Origin: Candidatus Sericytochromatia bacterium
GTDB lineage: Bacteria; Cyanobacteriota; Sericytochromatia; S15B-MN24; UBA4093
Direction of reading: 5' to 3'
Assembly (NCBI GenBank): GCA_036676985.1
Contig: JAKFBU010000027.1
Span: 160,001-224,000, forward strand
Length of the DNA stretch: 64,000 nt
Shown: piece after piece, positions 8,424 to 17,485 of the stretch
Position numbering within the stretch: the first letter of the stretch is position 1
How the letters are laid out: every line of letters begins with the position of its first letter
Translations under genes and position numbers: made by a program
Notes under the pieces: generated by a model
Database searches by the model: none
Told to the model about the DNA's origin: nothing
What the model saw: the letters and a program-made list of their open reading frames with translations, nothing else

Positions 8424-10343
8424 TTGCCAGTCAAGCTGTTCAGTGGCCCACTGGCCCGAAAGTTCGCGAGCCTCGCCTTCTTGATCGTGCTGCCGCTCTG
8501 GGCCATCAGCACGTATCTCCTGGTGATGAGCCTGGACGAGCTCCAGTCCTATTCGCAGCAAGAGGTCAGCCGGCTGGCGGAGCTCTCGGGAAACTCCGTG
8601 GAGCTATGGTACCGGGACCAGGTCGGGGACATCCAAATGCTGACGCGCCTGCCGCAGTTCGAGCATGGGGCGACCCGCGAGGCCTACGACCTGATCACGG
8701 AGGTCGCCGCCATGCGTCCCGAGTGGCACGGCTTCTCCCTCATCGATGCCCAGGGAAACCTCCTCCTCTACTCGATCCGCCCCTACGGGGAGCCGCTCCC
8801 GAACCTGATGGATGTGGCGGCCCTTCGGACGGCCATCGCGGAGAAGCGGCCGACCGTTTCCGGCGTCTACATCACGCGGGTCGACCGGATCCCGGGGGTG
8901 GCCCTGGAGGTGCCCATCCTCCGGGAGGGCAAGGTCATTGGTGTCCTGGGGACGGTCTACCGGGCCGCCGATCTGGGGCACTTGTTCCTGGGCGGAGACC
9001 TGCCGCAAGCGACCGACGTCAAGGCCTTCGGCCGCTCCGGCGGGGTCGTGACGGTCTTCGACCAAAGCGGGCGGGTCGTGTACCGGAGCCTGGAACCGGA
9101 GCGCTGGATGGCCAAGGACGAGTCGGCCTTCCTAGCGAGGGTGGCGCCGCCCGGCAAGGAACGAGCGGTCGTCCAGACCAAGGGGCTGGATGGGGTCGAG
9201 CGCGTCTACGCGTATCGGTTGGTCCCCTCCATGGGCTGGCGGGTCCTGGTGGGCATGCCGGTCTCGCAGACCCAGGGCGTGCGCTGGCGGCTGCTCCCGC
9301 CGGCGCTGCTCTTGGACGTCGTGGCCATGCTGCTCACGCTCGGCCTGGTCATCGTGATGGCACGGCGGTTCACGCAGCCGGCCCTCGAGCTGCGGGACGC
9401 GGCGATCGCCTTCGGGGAGGGACACCTGGACGCGCGCGTGACGCGTCCTCCGCGGGACGAGATCGGCGACGTGGGTCATGCCTTCAACCGCATGGCCGAA
9501 CAGATCCGCGCGGCCCAAGAGACGCTAGAGGGACAGGTCGCCGAGCGCACCCGGCAGCTCGCGTCGGCCAATCAGGAACTGGCCGAGTCCAACGCCCAGA
9601 TGATTCTGAGCAATGGCCAGCTATCTGCCACCGTCGAGGAGCTCAAGCGCCTCGAGGAGCAGCGGGCGGAGTTCCTCAACATGACGAGCCATGACCTCCG
9701 GATTCCGCTCACGGCCATCCGGGGGTACGCCGAGTTTCTCGAGGACGGCACGGGGGGGCCGCTGACCCCACAGCAGCGGGAGTTCGTCAGTCAGATGATG
9801 AGCTCCATCGAGCGGATGACGGAGCTACTCGAGGAGCTGCTCGACTTCGCCCGGGTCGAGGCGGGACAGCTCAAGCTCGACCTCCAGACGGTCGACCTCT
9901 CGGAGCTCGTCCCGGCGGTGGTCAGCCCGCTGGTGGTCCTCGCCGATCGCAAGCAGCAACGCCTGGAGCTGGATGTTCCCGATGGGCTGCCGTTGGTCAC
10001 GGCGGATCCCTCGCGCCTCCAGCAAGTCCTCACGAACTTCCTGTCGAATGCCATCAAGTACACGCCCGAAGGCGGGCGCATCGTCCTGCAGGCGCGCGCA
10101 CAGGGCGACACGATCCGGGTGGCCGTCGCGGACACCGGTATCGGCATCTCCGCGGAGGATCAAAAGGAGCTGTTCAAACGCTTCTTCCGGGCGCAAAACG
10201 TCGACGGGATTCCCGGAACGGGCCTGGGCCTTTCCATCTCGCGCGGGATCATCGAGGCCCATGGCGGCCGGGTCGGCGCTGAAAGCACGCTCGGCGAGGG
10301 TTCGACCTTCTGGTTCGAGCTGCCGATACGGCGAGAGGGCTAG
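8424..10343 (+). CDS. Sensor histidine kinase (TM-dCache-TM-HAMP-HisKA-HATPase)
   Basis: H box SHDLRIPL, N box NFLSNAIKY, DTGIGI, GTGLGL; HAMP DEIGDV..AFNRM. Confidence 0.93.
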   Translation: MPVKLFSGPLARKFASLAFLIVLPLWAISTYLLVMSLDELQSYSQQEVSRLAELSGNSVELWYRDQVGDIQMLTRLPQFEHGATREAYDLITEVAAMRPEWHGFSLIDAQGNLLLYSIRPYGEPLPNLMDVAALRTAIAEKRPTVSGVYITRVDRIPGVALEVPILREGKVIGVLGTVYRAADLGHLFLGGDLPQATDVKAFGRSGGVVTVFDQSGRVVYRSLEPERWMAKDESAFLARVAPPGKERAVVQTKGLDGVERVYAYRLVPSMGWRVLVGMPVSQTQGVRWRLLPPALLLDVVAMLLTLGLVIVMARRFTQPALELRDAAIAFGEGHLDARVTRPPRDEIGDVGHAFNRMAEQIRAAQETLEGQVAERTRQLASANQELAESNAQMILSNGQLSATVEELKRLEEQRAEFLNMTSHDLRIPLTAIRGYAEFLEDGTGGPLTPQQREFVSQMMSSIERMTELLEELLDFARVEAGQLKLDLQTVDLSELVPAVVSPLVVLADRKQQRLELDVPDGLPLVTADPSRLQQVLTNFLSNAIKYTPEGGRIVLQARAQGDTIRVAVADTGIGISAEDQKELFKRFFRAQNVDGIPGTGLGLSISRGIIEAHGGRVGAESTLGEGSTFWFELPIRREG

Positions 10344-11800
10344 CGGCGTACCAGGAGCTTCAGATAGGGGTAGTGAGCCGAACGCACGAGGATTGAGGGT
10401 GGCGAGGACGAGTTTCTCGGCGTCTTGGTCACCTGGAGGTACTGGTAACCGCCGGTCTTCCAGAAGCGGACGATGCCGCGCGCCATGAAGCCGAGGAACG
10501 CGACTTGCTGGCGGTTGAGCTCTTGCTCGTTGGCGAGGAACACGTGGGTGACCGAGGGATGGTCGATGGCTCCGATCAACCGATCTACGAAGTTGAGGAG
10601 GCCCGCGGACCCGAACCGGCGAGCCAGTGCGTCCGTGAACAGCACGGAGAGGTGCGGACGGTCCGGCTGTACCGCGATCATTTCCCGGACCTGCCGGATG
10701 ACGTCCTGGACATACTCGGTGGCGGACTGTTCGGGACGGGCACTGACGACCACCTCACGGAGCGACGGGGGAATCTCGTGCTCGAAGATCTCGCTGAGGA
10801 TGATCCGCTTCTCGGCCGCCAGCTGCTCGAAGCTGAACCCGTACGGATCGAGGATCGTGGCGGACTCCCGAAAGTTGTGCCTTCCGCTCCTCAACAGGAA
10901 AAGGCTGGATCCGTCCGCGATCGCCTGGGTCAGGAGGGGCATCAGGAGGTCCGGGTAGTAGGACGTTTCGTCGAAACTGAGGAGCCAGGTGCTGTTGTAG
11001 GTGAGGCTGCCACCGAGCAGGCCGTCGAGGCCCGGAATGCCGCTCGAAAACCCGGTGGTGAGCCCGGAGGGCGGAATGTTTTGGACGGACTCCATGCCCA
11101 CGCGCGGGAACGCTTCGTAGTCCGGAGGAACCGCGACGACGCCGTCACGGTTGATCTCGAACAGCACGTAGGAGTTGTAGTGGTCGCGGCCCCGGACCTT
11201 GGGAGTCTGGAGGACCCGGTCCATGAGGCTGCCGTCGCCCACGGGCTGCCATTGCATGAGCATGTTGACGTCCGCCACGCGGCGGATGAGACCACTGGGC
11301 GGGTTATCGGGCCCCACGTCCTGGATGAGCAGGGTGGTGATACGTCGCCGGCGAAACAGATTGAGCAGACCCTCGAGCAATGTCCGGAAGGCCTGGCGCG
11401 ACTTGAGGTAGAGCCGGAGGTCGGTGACGGAATCGATGACCAGACGAGTTGGCATGAATTCCTCGAGGTGGCGGCGCAAGTGACCATCGCTCATCAAGAG
11501 CTCCTCGAGGAAGATGGCCGGGGACGTGGCGAGCAGTTGCAGGCGGCCCTCCGCCTCGAGGGCCCGCAGGTCCCAGCCGAAGTTGTTGGCAAACAGGTGA
11601 AGCTCTTCAGGCAGCTCGATGAACGACACGTAAATGGCGCGCTCATCGGGACGGTCACGGATGGCATGGACGAACTGAAGGGCGAGAGAGGTCTTGCCGA
11701 TGCCATTCTCGCCCTCGAGCAGCCAGCTGTAACCGTTGGGGATGCCGCCGCCCAGCACGTGGTCCAGGCCCGGGATGCCCGTCGTCATCAGGCTATGCAT
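10340..11800 (-). CDS. KaiC/RAD55-like duplicated RecA-fold ATPase, second domain degenerate
   Basis: TGIPGLD..LGGG, Walker A GENGIGKT, Walker B RLVIDS, KVRG; second SGIPGLD repeat without Walker A. Confidence 0.85.
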   Translation of the reverse strand: MHSLMTTGIPGLDHVLGGGIPNGYSWLLEGENGIGKTSLALQFVHAIRDRPDERAIYVSFIELPEELHLFANNFGWDLRALEAEGRLQLLATSPAIFLEELLMSDGHLRRHLEEFMPTRLVIDSVTDLRLYLKSRQAFRTLLEGLLNLFRRRRITTLLIQDVGPDNPPSGLIRRVADVNMLMQWQPVGDGSLMDRVLQTPKVRGRDHYNSYVLFEINRDGVVAVPPDYEAFPRVGMESVQNIPPSGLTTGFSSGIPGLDGLLGGSLTYNSTWLLSFDETSYYPDLLMPLLTQAIADGSSLFLLRSGRHNFRESATILDPYGFSFEQLAAEKRIILSEIFEHEIPPSLREVVVSARPEQSATEYVQDVIRQVREMIAVQPDRPHLSVLFTDALARRFGSAGLLNFVDRLIGAIDHPSVTHVFLANEQELNRQQVAFLGFMARGIVRFWKTGGYQYLQVTKTPRNSSSPPSILVRSAHYPYLKLLVRR

Positions 11801-12158
11801 GATGGCTGCCCACCTGACGGCGCAGGATCTCCCGGACGAAGGCCAGGAACTCGCCCCGACTGCGGTTGATCTTGTCCGCCATGCCGATGATCTTGTCGCG
11901 GGTCGAGCCGTCGCCGGTCAGTCGGTAGATGCGATCGCCCATGGACGTCTCGAGGCTCTCGAGGATCCCTTGGCGGACGAGCCCCTCCAGTGCCTCGCTC
12001 GCTTCGCGCTCGCTGATCCCGACTCGATGGGCCAGGCCGCCGGCGGTCTCCCAGGTGCCGGGGTTCCGCCCGAGGAACTCGAGCAGGTAGAAGATCGGCA
12101 GGCTCGTCAGCACCGACGGTAAGGGATCGGGTAGGTTTTGGAGCCGTGAATCCTGCAT
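11793..12158 (-). CDS. Small winged-helix-like protein
   Basis: GLAHRVGISE.EASEALEGLVRQGIL....IYRL pattern; overlaps the ATPase start by 8 nt. Confidence 0.7.
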   Translation of the reverse strand: MQDSRLQNLPDPLPSVLTSLPIFYLLEFLGRNPGTWETAGGLAHRVGISEREASEALEGLVRQGILESLETSMGDRIYRLTGDGSTRDKIIGMADKINRSRGEFLAFVREILRRQVGSHHA

Positions 12159-12338
12159 GACCCTAGTATGATTTTCTCGGCCCGCATGTCATCGTAAGAG
12201 CCGCATGGGAATTCGTCCGAACCGGACCAATGTGTTGCTGTTGGTCGAGAGTAGACACCGAGTCGCCAGCATGCGCTGCCCGTCCTGTAATGGCGAGCAT
12301 TCGGCACTGATAAGACGGCTCTGCGAATGTCTACTGCC

Positions 12339-12478
12339 AAGTCGGATAATATATCTTATGTCGCTCGGGCGCTCCAGATGGCGCGTTATGGTAGCTCGAG
12401 CATGTCGGCGTTCTGCAGGTCATTCTGATCGCGGGACAAACGTCGTACGCAAGTGACAGAATATTTCTTATCCGACGT
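12339..12478. other. Inverted pair of dif/Xer-like 28-bp sites
   Basis: + strand 12339-12366 AAGTCGGATAA-TATATC-TTATGTCGCTC; - strand 12478-12451 ACGTCGGATAA-GAAATA-TTCTGTCACTT. Confidence 0.5.
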
Positions 12479-12536
12479 TCGGAGCGGCTCTCCATGCTGT
12501 CGCCCCCCTCTTGCGCTCGCCCCCCCAGGGAGCGTC

Positions 12537-12579
12537 AAACGGAACACCGAGAGGCAGCCTGCCTCCCGGTGTTCCGTTT
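12537..12579 (-). terminator. Hairpin downstream of dnaE
   Basis: aaacggaacaccg...cggtgttccgttt long stem. Confidence 0.6.
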
Positions 12580-12613
12580 CCTAAAAACGCAGTCAGTGTC
12601 GGCGTTTTTGCCC

Positions 12614-15600
12614 CTAGACCAGCGACAGCTGAGGCTCCGGGTCGTACCACTCGATGCGCGACTCCGGCAGCAACGCTCCCAGGCTGGCTTCCAGCTCCGA
12701 GGTCCGGGCCACCCAGAAGGCATCGCTCGTGATGACCTGCTCGCGCCGGTGATCGAAGTGGAAGATGACCGGAACGTCCCCCTGGTGGTTGCGCAGGGTC
12801 TGCGCGATGAGCACCAGCTGCTGGGGCGTGGCGAACTCGGACAGATGCAGGTGCAGGGAGGCCATGGCCCCCAACTTGTAGACCTGGCTGATCATCACCT
12901 GCGGGCGATCGTCCCGGTTGGAGAACTTGCCCTTGATGAGGATCTTCGCGTCGTCGTGCAGGAGGGCCGAGTAGTTCTCGTAGGCCTCGGGGAATGCGAC
13001 CACGTCCACCTGGCCCGTGAAGTCCTCGAGCTTGCCCGCAAGCATGGTATTGCCCGTCTTGGTCATCATGCGCCGGGTCTGCGTCAGGAGGCCGCCCACG
13101 ACGACGGGCTTGTTGTCGCCCATGGACTCGAGCTGTGCCGTGGTGTGGCTCGTGTGCCACTCCAGCTTGACCGGGATGCTCTGGAGCGGGTGGCCCGAGA
13201 CGTAGAAGCCCATGAGCTCCTTTTCCATGGCCAGGAGCTCCTCGAACTCGATGGCCGGAACGTCGGGCAGCGACGGGGTATCGACGACGATGGCCGACAT
13301 GGCCCCGCCGAACAGGGAGAATTGACCGACGGCCTCGTCGCGCTGCTTGCGAGAAGCGCGATCGACGGCATCGTCGAGGACCGCCAGGTACTGGGCCCGG
13401 TGACCACCCAGGGAATCCATGGCGCCCGAGCGGATCAGGCTCTCGATGCAGCGCTTGTTGACCTGCTTGAGGTCCACCTCGGAGCAGAACTGGTAGAAGT
13501 CCTTGAACCGCTTCTCGGGCAGGCGGTTGCGGGCGTCGGTGATGGCGTCGATGGCGCCCAAGCCCACGTTCTTGATGGCCCCGAGGCCGAAACGGATGCC
13601 TTCGTCGGTCGGCGTGAATTCCGGGCCGCTCTCGTTGACGTCGGGCGGCAGGACCTTGATGCCCATGCGCCGGCAGTCGTTGATGCACAGCAGGATCTTG
13701 TCCTGCGAGCCAATGAGGCTGCTCATCAGAGCGGCCATGTACTCGGTGGGATAGTAGGCCTTGAGGTAGGCGGTGTGGTAGGTGACGACCCCGTAGGCGG
13801 CCGTGTGAGCTCGGTTGAAGCAGTACTCCGAGAACTTGGTCATCTTGTCGAAGAGGTCGTTGGCGACCTCCTCGGGGACCCCATGCTTGCGCGTCCCTTC
13901 CAGGAAGATCTCGCGCTGCTTGTCCATCTCCTCCTTTTTCTTCTTGCCCATCGCGCGGCGGAGGAGGTCCGCCTGTCCCAGGCTGTAGCCCGCGAGCACC
14001 TGGGCGATCTGCATGATCTGCTCCTGGAAGACCATGGTGCCGTAGGTGTCGCCCAGGATGGGCACGAGGTCCGGGTGCGCGTACTCGATGGCCTTCTTGC
14101 CATGCTTACGATCGACGTACTCGTCGACGTAGCCGGATTGGATAGGACCCGGGCGGTAGAGCGCGAGAACCGCCGAGATGTCTTCGAAGTTGGTCGGCTG
14201 GAGGCGTTTGATGAGCTTGGTCATGCCCTCCGATTCGACCTGGAAGATGCCCACGGTCGCGCCCGACTGGAGAAGCTCGTAGACCTTGACGTCCGTGAAG
14301 TCCTGGGAGTTGAGGTCGTAGTCGACGCCATAGCGGGCCTTGATGTGGACCAGCGCCCTGGCGATCATCGTCAGGTTGCGCAGGCCCAGGAAGTCCATCT
14401 TGAGGAGGCCCATCATCTCGCAGTACTTGTACTCGTACTGCGTGGAGATGCCCTCTTCGTCGTCCTTGCCGACCTTCTGGAGGGGGACAGTCTCGGTCAA
14501 GGGGTCGCGCGCGATGATGACGCCCGCGGCGTGCAAGCTCGTGTTGCGGACAATGCCCTCGAGCTTCTTGCCCAGGTCGAGGATCTCGGCGACCTTGGGG
14601 TCCTTCTGGGCCTCGGCGAAGAGCTCCGTGCCTTCCTTGCTGGCATCCGCGAGGCTGATGCCCAACTCCTCGGGGACCATCTTGGTCAGACGGTTGGTGT
14701 CGTTGAAGTTGAGCTCGAGCGCCCGGCCCACGTCCTTGATGGCCGCCTTGGCGCCCAGCGTGCCGTAGGTGACGATCTGGGCGACCTTGTCGCGGCCGTA
14801 CTTCTGGGCCACGTACTCGATGACCTCACCGCGGCGCTCGATGCAGAAGTCGATATCCATATCGGGCATGCTGACGCGTTCGGGGTTGAGGAAGCGCTCG
14901 AACAGCAGGTTGTACTTGACCGGGTCGATGTTGGTGATCTTGAGGCAGTAGGCGACGAGCGAGCCTGCGGCCGATCCGCGGCCCGGGCCCACCTGGATCC
15001 CGTTGAGCTTGGCGTAGTTGATGAAGTCCCAGACGATGAGGAAGTACGCCGAGAAGCCCATCTGCTGGATGATCGTCAGCTCGAAGCGCAGCCGCTCCTC
15101 GAGGTCGGGCGTCACGTCCTCGTAGCGCTCCTTGAGGCCGTCCCACGCGAGCTTGGTCAGGAAGGAGTCGCCGGTGTGGCCCTGCGGCACCTCGTAGTTC
15201 GGCAGGAAGTTGCGGCCGAAGTCGAGGATCAGGTTGCACTTCTGGGCGATCTCGAGCGTGCTGTACAGGGCCTGCGGCGTGTCGTGGAAGACCTCGCGCA
15301 TCTCGGCCGGGTTCTTGAGGTAGAAGTCGGGCCCGTAGTGCATCTTTCGACTGGGATCGAGCAGGCTCTTGCCCGTCTGGATGGCCAAGAGCGCCTCGTG
15401 CGCCCGCATGTCCCCCGGGTTGGTGAAGTGGGAGTCGTTGGTGGCCGCGACCTTGATGCCCAGGCGCTCGGAGAGCTCGAGCATCGCCCGGTTGACGCGC
15501 TTCTGCTCGTCGAGGCCGTGGTTTTGCAGCTCCAGGTAGAAGTCGTCACCGAAGACCCGCTTGTACCAGAGGGCGCTAGCTTCGGCCTCCTCGAAGCGGT

Positions 15601-16057
15601 TGTGGAGGATGTGCTGGGGGATCTCGCCGCCGAGGCAGGCCGTCAGGGCGATGATGCCCTCCGAGTGCTGCTCCAGGATGTCCTTGTCGATGCGCGGCTT
15701 GTGGTAGAAGCCCTCCAGGTGGCCCATGGTGTTGAGCTTGACCAGGTTCTTGTAGCCTGTGCGGTTCTTGGCGAGCAGCACGAGGTGGTTGTAGTTCTTG
15801 CCGCCGGACTTGTTGGGGGACTTGTCGAGCCGCGAGTTCGGGGCGATGTAGGACTCCATGCCCACGATGGGCTTGACGCCCGACTCCTTGGCCTTGCGGT
15901 AGAACTCGATGGCGCCGTACATGACGCCGTGATCCGTCAGGGCCAGGGCCGGCATCTCGTACTTCGCCGCGCGCTTGACGAGCTCTCCGATGCGGCTGGC
16001 GCCGTCCAGGAGCGAATACTCGGAATGGACGTGACAGTGGACGAATGTCGCGGGCAT
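12614..16057 (-). CDS. dnaE: DNA polymerase III subunit alpha (contiguous, intein-free)
   Basis: PHP HVHSEYSLLDG, GPGRGSAAGS, PDMDIDF, LLKMDFLGL; start reassigned to MPATFVH (GAGGT RBS). Confidence 0.97.
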   Translation of the reverse strand: MPATFVHCHVHSEYSLLDGASRIGELVKRAAKYEMPALALTDHGVMYGAIEFYRKAKESGVKPIVGMESYIAPNSRLDKSPNKSGGKNYNHLVLLAKNRTGYKNLVKLNTMGHLEGFYHKPRIDKDILEQHSEGIIALTACLGGEIPQHILHNRFEEAEASALWYKRVFGDDFYLELQNHGLDEQKRVNRAMLELSERLGIKVAATNDSHFTNPGDMRAHEALLAIQTGKSLLDPSRKMHYGPDFYLKNPAEMREVFHDTPQALYSTLEIAQKCNLILDFGRNFLPNYEVPQGHTGDSFLTKLAWDGLKERYEDVTPDLEERLRFELTIIQQMGFSAYFLIVWDFINYAKLNGIQVGPGRGSAAGSLVAYCLKITNIDPVKYNLLFERFLNPERVSMPDMDIDFCIERRGEVIEYVAQKYGRDKVAQIVTYGTLGAKAAIKDVGRALELNFNDTNRLTKMVPEELGISLADASKEGTELFAEAQKDPKVAEILDLGKKLEGIVRNTSLHAAGVIIARDPLTETVPLQKVGKDDEEGISTQYEYKYCEMMGLLKMDFLGLRNLTMIARALVHIKARYGVDYDLNSQDFTDVKVYELLQSGATVGIFQVESEGMTKLIKRLQPTNFEDISAVLALYRPGPIQSGYVDEYVDRKHGKKAIEYAHPDLVPILGDTYGTMVFQEQIMQIAQVLAGYSLGQADLLRRAMGKKKKEEMDKQREIFLEGTRKHGVPEEVANDLFDKMTKFSEYCFNRAHTAAYGVVTYHTAYLKAYYPTEYMAALMSSLIGSQDKILLCINDCRRMGIKVLPPDVNESGPEFTPTDEGIRFGLGAIKNVGLGAIDAITDARNRLPEKRFKDFYQFCSEVDLKQVNKRCIESLIRSGAMDSLGGHRAQYLAVLDDAVDRASRKQRDEAVGQFSLFGGAMSAIVVDTPSLPDVPAIEFEELLAMEKELMGFYVSGHPLQSIPVKLEWHTSHTTAQLESMGDNKPVVVGGLLTQTRRMMTKTGNTMLAGKLEDFTGQVDVVAFPEAYENYSALLHDDAKILIKGKFSNRDDRPQVMISQVYKLGAMASLHLHLSEFATPQQLVLIAQTLRNHQGDVPVIFHFDHRREQVITSDAFWVARTSELEASLGALLPESRIEWYDPEPQLSLV

Positions 16058-16222
16058 GGACGGGCACCTCGTGGCCAAGCGTTCGACGGGGGGAGTACCC
16101 ACCAGGCAGGTAGTCGCTCCTATCTTAACACAGCCAGAGAGGGCCAAAACGCAGGGCACGCCCGAATCCAGGCGCCTACCCGGCCACGAAATTCGCGCCC
16201 GGCGCAAGTACCGGGCGCGGCT

Positions 16223-16236
16223 CGAACGTATGTTTC
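16223..16236. promoter_or_regulatory. Possible LexA (Gram-positive-type SOS) box
   Basis: CGAACGTATGTTTC fits CGAACRNRYGTTYC; about 165 bp upstream of dnaE. Confidence 0.3.
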
Positions 16237-16275
16237 ATGCTTGCCGGTGAGCGGCTCTCCGCGGGCTTCACGGGT

Positions 16276-17259
16276 CTACCAGTGGAGTCTCCGACAGCTC
16301 TGGTAATTGGCCACCTCCACCTGCAGGGTGGCATGCTCGATGCCGAACCGGTCATGGAGCTGGTCCTTGAGGCTTTCGAGCACGACCATGCTGTCGTTGA
16401 CCTCGTTGACCACCACATGACAGGTCAGCGAGACCATGCCGGAGGTGACGGTCCAGATGTGCAGGTCGTGGGAGGCGATGACGCCCGGGATGGCCTCGAT
16501 GGTGTGGACCACCTCGGCCGGATCGATGTGCATGGGCGTGCTCTGGAGCAAGATGTCGACCGAGCTCGTGACCAGGCTCCACGCGCTCTTGAGGACCAAG
16601 AGGCCCACCAGGCCCGAGATGATCGGGTCCGCCACGTACCACTGGAAGCGCCAGATGAGGAAACCGGCAAGGATCGCCCCCAGCGATCCCAGCGCGTCCC
16701 CGATGACGTGGGCGAGCGCCCCCTTCACGTTGAGGCTTTCGTGCGCCGAATGGCTCAGGACCCACGCGCCGAACAAGTTGACGAGCAGGCCGCCCGTCGC
16801 GATCGCCATCATCGGGAGCGCCACGACCTCGGGCGGCCGGCCCAGGCGCTGCACGACCTCGAGGAGGATGCCGCCGGCCACCACGATGAGCAAGGAGCCG
16901 TTGAGGAGCGCCGCCAGGATCTCGAGTCGGTAGTAGCCGAACGAGCGCTTGAGCGTGGGAGGGCGGTTGGCGATCCACATGGCGCCGAAGCTGAGCGCCA
17001 GGGCCGCCACGTCGGTGAACATGTGCCCGGCATCGGCCAACAGCGCCAAGCTGTTGGTCATGAAGCCGCCCACCAGCTCGACGAGGAAGTAGGCGAACGA
17101 AAGGCAAAGGACCGTCAAAAGGGCCTTCTGAGACGCTTCGCGGTAGTGGTGATGATGGCCGTGGCCATGTCCATGATCATGGGTATGGGCATGCCCGTGC
17201 CCTTCGCAGCGTTCTTCCTCATGGACGTCGGGTTTCAACCCATCGATCGGCTCCGCCAT
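16276..17259 (-). CDS. Cation diffusion facilitator (CzcD/ZitB-like Zn/Co/Cd exporter)
   Basis: His-rich N-terminus, SLALLADAGHM.TD, HVIGD, HDLHIW, HATLQVE; GAGGGAG RBS. Confidence 0.93.
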   Translation of the reverse strand: MAEPIDGLKPDVHEEERCEGHGHAHTHDHGHGHGHHHHYREASQKALLTVLCLSFAYFLVELVGGFMTNSLALLADAGHMFTDVAALALSFGAMWIANRPPTLKRSFGYYRLEILAALLNGSLLIVVAGGILLEVVQRLGRPPEVVALPMMAIATGGLLVNLFGAWVLSHSAHESLNVKGALAHVIGDALGSLGAILAGFLIWRFQWYVADPIISGLVGLLVLKSAWSLVTSSVDILLQSTPMHIDPAEVVHTIEAIPGVIASHDLHIWTVTSGMVSLTCHVVVNEVNDSMVVLESLKDQLHDRFGIEHATLQVEVANYQSCRRLHW

Positions 17260-17374
17260 GTGTCTCCCTCTAAATCTGGTGCTACGTTTATCCGATCCAT
17301 CCGGATCGTAAATCGTTTCCGTCGTTGCATAACCAGGCAAACATGTAACGTGGTTAATACCTACCCAAGCGCAT

Positions 17375-17478
17375 TAATAACCTGGCTATCTAATTAGCCT
17401 TACGTTTACCCGGGTTAACTAATAACCTAGCTTCCTAATTGGAATACAACCGTCCAATAGGTAGCCTGATTAACAATT
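17375..17478. repeat. AT-rich intergenic repeats (2 direct + 1 inverted copy)
   Basis: taataacctggctatctaatt (17375) and taataacctagcttcctaatt (17420); related taatcaggctacctattgg on the - strand near 17454-17472. Confidence 0.6.
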
Positions 17479-17485
17479 AACTGCT

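Noticed and set aside
10340-11800. True circadian kaiC
   Set aside because: Second domain lacks Walker A, and no kaiA or kaiB is nearby
12303-12330. Third dif-like site GGCACTGATAA-GACGGC-TCTGCGAATGT
   Set aside because: Right arm does not resemble TTATGT
12494-16306. 1270-aa ORF on + strand and similar long ORFs (4237-5700, 27530-29386, 42080-44392, 49937-52309)
   Set aside because: Antisense shadows of well-supported genes, expected in GC-rich DNA; no motifs
17270-17485. oriC or CRISPR array in the AT-rich gap
   Set aside because: No TTATCCACA boxes or dnaA seen; only two imperfect direct repeats and no cas genes
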